The notes beneath the pieces were generated by a model. It saw only the letters and a list, made by a program, of their open reading frames with translations, was not told the origin of the DNA and did no database searches. Positions 54,691-64,000 of a stretch of DNA of 64,000 nucleotides are shown piece after piece. Source of the stretch: Perna viridis (Eukaryota); the NCBI GenBank assembly GCA_037379345.1, contig CM074524.1:24982750-25046749 (forward strand), written 5' to 3'. Made by a program: the position numbers and the translations under genes. Position 1 is the stretch's first letter. Every line of letters begins with the position of its first letter.

Positions 54691-55992
54691 GAAGGAAGTT
54701 GTACTCGCCTTATCCCAAATTTAAGTCCAGTGATTTGACACACATATGTGAAGATAGTTGGCAAAATAACTAATCTTGCAGAGAAAACTGCTATTAAAAG
54801 GTGTGACAGACAGACAAACAGTATGAAATGGGCTTCCCCAATCAAGATAAACATTCTACCAAAAATAATCATTATTACAGAAAACTTTTGCTTCATTTAA
54901 TTAGCATACACGTTACATATACAGACTCTATTTATAGTTCTTTTTTCATCCCATTCAGCTGTAGACCTCAAGTTTTGAATCCTAAAAAAACACTTTTAAA
55001 GGGATAATGGGTTACCCAGTTTGTCGTGATTTAAATAGGAATACTGCTTAGCATTGAATTCCAAGACTTTATATACAAAAGACCTTAAGGAAAATATAAT
55101 TTAGGAACTGGTTCTGGCATCTTAATAGGCATTTTATGGAGTGGCTTTGAGCAATAGCTGTCAGAACAATCTGGATTGATCAGAAGATATGCTGTTGTAG
55201 ATGCAAGAAACACATCAACCTCATGCTTTCCAACACAATTTTTTTCCTACATATAAATACATGCAATGAGATGTACATCGCAGTAATCCAATTTGTCTTT
55301 AGATTGCAACAAAATTTAAGGCAGCTGTAAATATTATCAATACATTGCTACCATGCAAGTTCTGCAAGGGAAAATGTGGTCACACAAAAGAGGTAGTGAA
55401 AACTGAAGACTGAGTTTGTCCAAATTATGAAATATGATTTTACTTTTGTTACTTTGTATGTATGATTTTAGTTACTTTATGTTCTTCGTTGTGTATGTCT
55501 GTTTTCCATGTCTGGTCTTTGTCTCTGGAATACATTCTTTTGATTACCGCTATAACCTTGGTTCCCTTGATTACTCTTTAACATTCTTTTTAACTAAACA
55601 AGTATCTGTTCTACAAGTACTTCTTACTGACATTTTTTTCAGACCCTCACCACTAAGCATTCCATGAGATATATAATGTATGGTATAAGTCTCTGACCAC
55701 ACTGTGAATTTAAAGAATCCAGCAACAATCTTGCCTGAGAAAGTGTATAATAACAGATTATAGATACCCTTACCCTACAGACTAATAAATATGATAAAAT
55801 TTTACACAAGAACACACCAAGAACATCATAGTACTATATTGTGGGGCAAGTAGCTTGCTAAGTGGTAAAAATTTGACAAGAAGTTATTTTCTAATACTAC
55901 AAAATCATGAACTCACTGCCTTCCTACATATGATAGCAACAATCCATTACAAGTCCTTCATGAATGTTAGATTCATAAGAAAAGTGACCTAC

Positions 55993-56053
55993 CTGTGAAG
56001 TATTGTCTGTGTCTTTTCCATGTCTACTACACATTTTGTCCCCAACTGGATCT
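55993..56053 (-). CDS. KIF13: Kinesin-3 (KIF13A/B-like) internal coding exon, N-terminal motor domain (probably exon 2)
   Basis: Minus strand tctttgcag|AG ATC CAG TTG GGG ACA AAA TGT GTA GTA GAC ATG GAA AAG ACA CAG ACA ATA CTT CAC AG|gtaggt = (E)IQLGTKCVVDMEKTQTILH(S). 61 nt, canonical AG/GT. Matches the KIF13 TKCVVxMEGNQT segment and ends in phase 2, compatible with the next exon. Confidence 0.9.
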
Positions 56054-58445
56054 CTGCAAAGACAGAGGTACAAATTGTGAACAAAAGACTAATTAACAAC
56101 TAACAACCAACACACAGAAATACATGAAATCATGAAAAGTAGAAAACTAAAAACAGGTGCCCCAGTAAGGTAAGTGTCCTTTTATAGAAACATATTTTTT
56201 TCTGTATATTCATTCAATGTACTGGTTCGTGTAAGTGAGCTTCTTTCTAGATCAAGCAACAGTATTTTTTTTTCTTCATTAGGACCCAATTTTAATATAT
56301 AATCAAATTTTTTTTATGTTTTTTTTTCACACTCATCTCTTTAACAACTATATCAATTCTACAGAACACTTTTTCTAAACCTGAAACAACCACTGTATGA
56401 TATACAAGCAAGTGTTCTTTATGGTTTCAGTATTTATTTATCATGTTTATATCTCAGTTTAAACTGTTTATATAGTTTGGTAAGTTAAATGTTTGTATTA
56501 ACCAGTTGTAACACCTGTAAACTTCCTGATAAATCAGATTACACAATATCAAATTGTGTATTATAATACATACAATGTAATACTGTTTGTTTTATCAATG
56601 AAACAACTGCAAGTTACAGAAGGGTCCAATTTAGGCTAGTATTCAAAGGGAATTTCTTGGGCATAGGCAGATCTAAGAGCACTCTTGATCCCTCTTTATG
56701 CTCAAAAAGTTTGGATGATTATATAGATAACATAGGAAATCACTAAGGCAGGACCCAGTGCCAGTCAGCCCTCCTCTTATCCTGCCGCTGTTGAGTCTCA
56801 GATCATCTTAATGAAATTCACATATACATTTGTTGTTCATGTATATGTACATGTATATACTCCTCTCGTACAAAAAGTCTTTAAGCTCGATAGAGCAAAA
56901 ACTTTAGGGAGAGTGTCATTTGAAATCAGTGGCAGATCGGGCAGACGGGTTCTGTAGGTTGGAACACCCCTCTCAAAGTTGGAAAGACTTCAAGTACCAA
57001 ATCAAGGCAAAAACTGAGCATACAAACAATGTATGTAGCCAGTAAACATCCTCCTTTTGTAAATTTCTGGATCAGAAAACCCACCTCTTTTTAAACTTGC
57101 ATCTACCTACATGTACACTATAAGTACATGTAGCAGAAACATTTTTCATGGCACAAACTGTCTCCCATAAATTTAGAACATGATAAAATGCACAAAACAT
57201 AGCTTTACAATGTTTTATTACATGTACTATCCACAATGGGAAATGATCAATTAAAATTCTTTATTCAACCAAAATACCAATATGTACATTTTTCTGTACA
57301 TGTCTCTATTAAAAGAACATTTTATGAAAATCATTTTCTTTAACACAAAACCTAAAAATTTTCTACATTAAAATCTTCAAGCTCAGAGGTCAGGTAGGGA
57401 GGAGCAAAAAAAAAGGGTTATGTAAAAAAATGTAAAGAGGGCATAATAGATGCAAGCTTAAAACTTGAAGTTTATTTGTTACTTGGTATTTAGTAGCTGA
57501 CTGTCTCACTGGCAATCATACTTCATCTTCAATTTTTATATTTGTTTTCTTCGATAAGAACCTGCATTCCTTAAAATATCTTCCTTTGTCAGAAGTGCAT
57601 CTTTTTCTAATATTGCATTAGATTTTTAATTTTCTGACTTATTTTAACAGGCATTGTTTAAATCATCAAAAAATGATTAAAATATTGACATTTCAAATAT
57701 CTCCAAATCAACACTAAGTGTTGACACTACCTCCCCTGGGGTGACTACCATCCTCCAGCATGAAACCTAAACCTACATCTGGATTGGAATACTGTCCATT
57801 TTTAAAGTGTCATATAGCAGTTCTATAATTACAATTAATACAGCAGTAGAAATAATACCTGGATGTATTTGACTTCATACATGTCACCTTGTACCCTAAC
57901 CCAAAGGCAACAAATACATGTACATGCCATACAAAACATACTGTTTTATTTACAATTTTCATCTTGGACTGAAAAAAGTTGGGAACTCTTGTCTCATGAA
58001 ACATGTGCAAGTCCTTGTGTTGCTTGTTAACTACATTTTTCGTATATGTATGCATAGAAGGTGTGGATTGCGATGATTTAAAGAGGCAAAAAATAAGTTT
58101 TAAAAGGATAAAAACATGTCAGATTTACTATCAATTCCAACAAGCAGTCTGCTCTTCAAAATTATACTGTCATACTGTGGACTGGAAAGCAATTTTCACA
58201 TGTACATGTAAATATGCAACCTTGAAACATCTTCAGGCAGTAATTACTAACCCAATTCAAATCATTGCTCCCAACAAGTTAACTCAACAAAGACAAAAGA
58301 CATTGAAATATCATTCTTTCTTGTACCTTTACAATATAGAGCAATTTTAATCATCTAAAACTAGTATTGATTGGAAGCAATAATGAGAAAGCTTTCTACT
58401 AAAAGGCAGGATAGTGAGTTCAATAAACATGATAAATCTATCCAT

Positions 58446-58825
58446 CAAAGACACAGTCATTGTATACATTTACATACAGTTTCATTACAATACTGACACT
58501 CCTAAGAAGCTAGCAGTCCTTCAAAAACACAGTCATTGTATACATTTACATAGTTCCATTACCATGATTACAGTACCAACACTTCTAAGAAAGCCAGGCA
58601 GTCCTTCAAAGACACAGTCTGTGCAATTATAGTAGAGCTCTACTAAAAGATAGGCAGTCCTTCAAAGACAATTTCATTGTACCAGTATAGTCCTATTACA
58701 GTACCAGCTTTTCTAAGAGCCAGGCATTCAGAGACAGTCATTGTGTACATTAACATGAAGTCCAACTGCAGCACCAAATCATCTAAAAGTCATGCAGTTA
58801 TTCAAAGACTCAGTAACTGCATACA
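58446..58825. repeat. Degenerate ~80-bp tandem repeat, ~5 copies
   Basis: Recurrent gcagtccttcaaagacacagtcattgtatacatt ... ctaagaa. Confidence 0.75.
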
Positions 58826-60186
58826 TTGGGCCTGAAGCCTAGGGGTTTGTGTTGTTATGTCAAACCAGGAACCAGGTCCCCTTGCCCTTTGAATGCATAA
58901 CAACATTACAAACTGTTAATAACTGGCTTAAAATTCGTCAAACATTATGAAAGACCAGAAAACTCAGTCCAAATAATTCAACTCTGTTTTTTTTTTGTTT
59001 TTTGTTTCTTCTTGTTTTGTTTTGTAGTCTGTTTCTTTTTTTCAGTTTTTTTTTTGTTTTTTTTTTTTTTTTTTGGGGGGGGGGGGGGTGGTCACCCAGT
59101 CTTCCATGTTGGAATTCAATATTATATACCATTCCTGGTCAGGTCAGATTTTATCCATTAGTAGATAAAGTCGAGAGACAGTGACTGTTAATTCTTTTGT
59201 TTTGTGTTGACCACTCGTGATTGGATATAACCGTTCGTCCAAATAACTCAGGCAGCAATATGCAAATAAAGATGATTGCACAGAAAATCCATCCGCCATT
59301 GATGAAAATATTTGAATTACCAATATGAAAATGACAACAATAGTTGCAAAATCAGTCCTTTATCAGTAACTTGACAATAACACAGAAACTTACATGTACA
59401 ATGTATATACACATGTAGCTCAACCAGTGAAACAACACGAGCTAAGTGTGCACTTTCAAACAATTTGACCTGAATGATATGACACAGATCATTCAATTAC
59501 CACACAGGCGTGAACATTTCAATAATTTAACCAGGACCCAAAGACACAAATAGATTTTAACTAGTAACAACCAAATGATTTTAAAAAACTTTGAAGAAAT
59601 ATAGTTCAATACAAAGATTAGCGTATTTCCAGATGATATGGATAAAGCAAAATATTTCAAAAATGTTATAAGCACCCGTAACCATCTATAATTATTTAGA
59701 CAGCCAGTAGATCTGTTGGAGGGATTCAGCTAGCACCTCAATCTCCAACAGAATTTACTGACTGTCTAAATAACCATAAACCTGGGAGCTTTTAACTTAT
59801 AACACTGAAATCAAAATGGAACATTTTTTTATTATATATGAAAAAGTTTACAAGTACATGTGTAGGATGCACAGGTATATGTATGTACCAGTAGGTTTCT
59901 ATTTTCCGTTTTTTTTTTTTTTCACAACTGCCTATTTCTTAGAAAAAATGATACTTTAGAATCTTTCTAGGATTTGTTCAGTATACAAATAATTATCTTT
60001 GAAAAATAAAACATCAAAAGACCTCATTACAACTGACAGTAAAAAAATAGCATTGTTAGATTTTTCTGAAAGATTTTCTTTTTAATCTTGGTGATCTTTG
60101 GAAGAACTAAGCTCAATAAAAGTAAAAGATGAAAGATTGTGGTGAACAGTTTTGTTTTTCTACTGAAATGAGTTGTAGGTCGTATA

Positions 60187-60445
60187 AAGTAATCAAGGGA
60201 ACCAAAATTCTAGCGGAAATCAAAAGAATGTAATCCAGGGACAAAGAACAGACATGGAAAACAGACACACACAACAAAGAAAATAAAATAACCAAAAAAA
60301 AAAAGAAATAATAATACATACAAAGTAACAAAAGTAAATGAACAACTTAGATTAGACTCAACTGAAAACTGAGAGCATGGACCAAGTGCACAAATAAGGT
60401 AGACATCCTCTCCTTTTCTGGAAGCATCTGCCAAGTAGCTCATAA
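60187..60445. repeat. Longest of five copies of a ~140-260 bp interspersed repeat (others at 35221-35382, 43229-43445, and inverted at 55438-55579 and 63475-63613)
   Basis: All copies share agtaatcaagggaaccaa..tagcgg.aatcaaaagaatgtaatccagggacaaagaccagacatggaaaacagac and the same boundary at the agtaatcaa end. Confidence 0.9.
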
Positions 60446-61907
60446 AAAGTCAAAGAATAGAGAAGGAAGCAAGAAATACAATTATTATGGCTCAGAATCA
60501 AAGTCATCTTACATGTACGTGTACATTTTGTCTGAGTGGAAAAAGGAATCTTTAAACAACTGTGGTGCATGTAAGCTGTGACTGAATGGAACAACTGATA
60601 CAAGTATGCCTGATTTCAATTAGATTGGTAGTGTACATGAATGGACAAGTATTTCTCCTTAATTTTCACGACAAAATCTGCTAGTAATCAGCCAACCTCA
60701 AATCAAATGCTTCATTCTAGAGATACCTCATGTTTCAATACAGTGCTATTGAAATCTCTACAAAGCTTGTAAAATTGTAAATTCATACATGTACTTGTAC
60801 ACTCTGTGAGATGCTTAGGTTTCCCACACCCACAATACCCAAACACATGATAAATGAATGCCCCTAGTGTGCGTTCAAATGCACAATCCATGAACGCTCA
60901 TATCATGTGTTTAAATGCACTTTAGATGAGCAATGAAAAATAATTATATTAACAAATAACAAAGAAAGAAAAAATAGAAAATAAAAATAATGAAAATATA
61001 TAAATTAATAATACCAAAAAGTATAAAAAAAATAACAGTTGAGGAAATAATCAAATACAAAAAAAACAAACACTTCTATCGTGCATTCAAATGAATGCTC
61101 GTATCGTGCCTTTATGGAAACGTAAAATTGTAAAATTATAGATCCATACATGCATATATATGTACAGGTATTTCTTCCCGATTCATCTAGTAATCAGGCA
61201 ACGAAAATCAAACGCTACCTTCGAGAGATACTTTGGTGTTTCCATACATTGCCATTTAAATCTCTACATGAGTTTGTACTATATAGAAATAATCAATGGC
61301 TATATAAAACATGGTACCAAAACACTCAATTAAAAGAGATTACAGATAAAAAGAAGATGACATTACTGTAAGGTTTTATTGAGGAATACATGTATTTATC
61401 CTAAGACGGAACAAAAATTTACATCCTTTATATCATCAGTTTCAAACATTTGTATGTTCCTTGTTGTAAAATGTCACAACATATAAGGCTAAGTAAACTT
61501 AAAAGGTAGATTCTGATCCAACCTTCACAAAAAATATGGGGCAGTGGGAGGATTTTATTTTTTGTTTTTTATTTCTCACCAGATAATTGCTAGCCTCATT
61601 TTAGCTTTTTGAAGTACAGATATGTTCTTAATCCATAGCCACATCAGTTTTAGAGAATAAACATTATTTTAGTCACCAAGAAATGAAAGACTTGTGTGTT
61701 TTAGTATCTCAATACTAGAGACTGAAACAAAAACAAAATTATGAATTTGAAATCCCTGCACTAATTTTTTAGGGACGGGAGTGGATGAGAATCTACTAAT
61801 TAATTTTATTTAGCCTAATTACTGCATTTTGTCTTTGGCAGTCAACATGTGGGTAGAACTTTTTTTATAATAGTTTCAATCAGAGTAACAAGTCAAGGTA
61901 ACATAAA

Positions 61908-62513
61908 AACAAGAGGCTCCCAGGAGCCTGAACCACTCACCTGGTTAAAGTTTGTCTTTCAAGAGCAATAAATTTAACAAGTTGTCCAACAATTTTGACC
62001 CAAGAAGACTTTGGTAGAAACTATCATACGGATCATTTCAGCAACTGAAAGTTTCTTTTTATCTATAATAGTTTTCAAGATATTGGCTGAAAAATGTAAA
62101 AAAAAAAGTCATTTTTCATCTTTCAATGGCAATAACTCTTACAAGGAGTTGCCAGACAACTTTGATCCCTAAAGACTTTTGAAGGCCTTATAAAAAGGAT
62201 CATTTCAGTAATTGAAAGAGTTTGGCTAATAAACCTAATGTTTTGCAGATATATGTGAAAAACTCCTGTCTGACCCCTGTTCTATTTTTAGTACTGGCAG
62301 CCATGTTTTTCAATGGATCAAAAATACCCACATCAGTTCTATACAGGATACCCCAAGGAACATTCATAACAAGTTTGATTCCAATTGGTCAAGTAGTGTC
62401 AGAGGAGAAGTGTTTTGAAAAATTGTTAATGACTATGGCGGATGACAACGACAGATGACAACGGACGCCAAGTGATGGCAATAGCCCACATGGCCATCAG
62501 CCAGGTGAGCTAA
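61908..62513 (+). mobile_element. pearl/CvA-like non-autonomous Helentron (HINE)
   Basis: Starts aacaagaggctc..gagcc and has ctcacctgg/ccaggtgag inverted motifs, a gacaac/gacg microsatellite and a 3' aagtgatggcaatagc...ccaggtgagctaa terminus. Confidence 0.75.
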
Positions 62514-64000
62514 TTAAAGAAATCATTATTTAGGATGATGTTAAAGTGATACACACATGCAGATATTTAGTTTTGTATCCTACATGTACAGTGTACACTT
62601 CAATAGCAGTAAAATTTAATGTTGCAGACACTTAAAGGCTGTAGCATAAAAACTTAACAACAACTCTCCATAAAATAATGAATTATCTAGTTCAATACCC
62701 AATAAATATAGACTTCACATAAACCATATCATCAGCCAACTCATCTAAAATTTCGTAATTTCTTATCTGCTCCCTCTACTTGTCAATCCATGGGGAGAAA
62801 CAATAGCTTTTTCACTCATACTATGGTTTGATGAGTCTTTTATATATAAGTCAGAGAAAACTTTCTAATAAATCAGAAAGAAACAAAACTGCCATGATTT
62901 CCATTTTAAAACCTGATATTCTCTTAGATTATTGCAGAATTATTCCTGAGTGGGTGTGTTCTGTCAGTGAGAGATTGAAAAATCGTGACTGAAAATGTGC
63001 AACTACTATAAAGTTTGTACAAAAATGTAGAACAGATCTTCAAGTTAGTTTTAAGTCTTGAAGGTCCAAGACTTCAAAAGTCCACCTGATGAAAACCTGA
63101 AAGGTACTCAACAAAGATTTAATGTAGTGTATTTTAGGTCCTGGACCCTTGTAGAATTCATGTATGTACATGTACCTAGATTGTATCTATGTGGTCAAAA
63201 TATCATAAGAGAAGGTTCTGTTAGAATAACCACAGAGTAAATATTTCATACAAAATATTGATCCCTAGGTTCAAAATATGTGACAGTGAGAACACCAAAA
63301 GATGTATATATTTTGAGGCAATCCCTGCAATGGGCCTTTTACCTTTTGTGACTGGGAGTTTTCCCTGTAAATTTCCAAATTTTCAAATATAATTCAATCA
63401 ACACCTAATTGAGGTTAAGAATCACTTTAAGTCAATGCAGAAAATTACTCTTCATGTGTACCATGAATCTTGGTTTTCTTTTGTTACTTTGTATGTATGA
63501 TTTTAGTTACTTTATGTTCTTTGTTGTGTATGTCTGTTTTCCATGTCTGGTCTTTGTCCCTGGATTACATTCTTTTGATTACCGCTATAACCTTGGTTCC
63601 CTTGATTACTCTTTCTTTCCCAAGCCTAAATTATTAGAACCAAGTGAAATTACATATGTAACTAGTCAAGTAAAATTTAATAATAATGAAATGCTGCTTT
63701 AATAGCAGAACACTTTAATTTAAGGACTAAGAAAAAAATAAAGTTTTTGACTGGTTCAGCATTGAGTTTCTTTTCCTTTTTTTTTTCTCTTCTTTGTTGT
63801 ACATTTTGCATGATATGGTCAGACAAAAATAGAAGTCACTCATACTGTAAATTGATTTTCTCTATGACAATCTAAGAAAAGAGAACAATTAATTGGCTAA
63901 ATAACTGTTGATTGAAAGAGGTTTCTACAGCAAAAATTGCATTTGCACTTCACCTTTCAATAAGTAACATGATGATCTGCAGTTCAAGACTCAGATCTAA

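Noticed and set aside
55434-55667. Family of similar hydrophobic ORFs (also 63409-63702 and 60113-60443)
   Set aside because: Translations of the T-rich strand of the same interspersed repeat, with inconsistent starts and frames.
58938-59184. Lys-rich and Phe-rich ORFs
   Set aside because: Products of poly-T/poly-G low-complexity tracts.
56054-64000. KIF13 first coding exon (VKVAVRVRP)
   Set aside because: Not found by eye, so presumably outside the window. Likewise the GYNACIFAYGQT exon was not found in 1-14485.

Overview
AT-rich eukaryotic genomic DNA, almost all intronic; the repeat families suggest a bivalve mollusc (inference only). The host gene is a kinesin-3 (KIF13-type) on the minus strand. 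Three short, phase-compatible N-terminal motor-domain exons are visible (56053-55993, 17466-17415, 14543-14486), the first two separated by a ~38.5 kb intron. I did not find the start exon or the exon after 14486 in the window. The main accessory feature is a structurally complete but disabled DIRS1-like tyrosine-recombinase retrotransposon (5590-11056, + strand). It has a left ITR, gag, RT/RNase H/methyltransferase-like pol, YR, an internal complementary region (ICR) and a right ITR with a 3' extension. Correcting two frameshifts gives a ~3 kb YR-frame ORF that fully overlaps pol. The element appears to have integrated at a shared ATTTT between the hairpin and CTAG end of a small Helitron. 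An ATG plus splice donor in the ITR could supply pol with a start codon. The rest holds a ~3 kb 28-bp satellite with block duplications, several minisatellites, MITEs (one nested in a Helentron-type core repeat), HINE/pearl-like and SINE-like repeats, a 3'-truncated U6 retrocopy with a target-site duplication, and a CpG-containing promoter-like patch with a disrupted small ORF. No CRISPR or prokaryotic system was found, and nothing here is demonstrably a new biological system. Family assignments come from motif recognition, not database searches.
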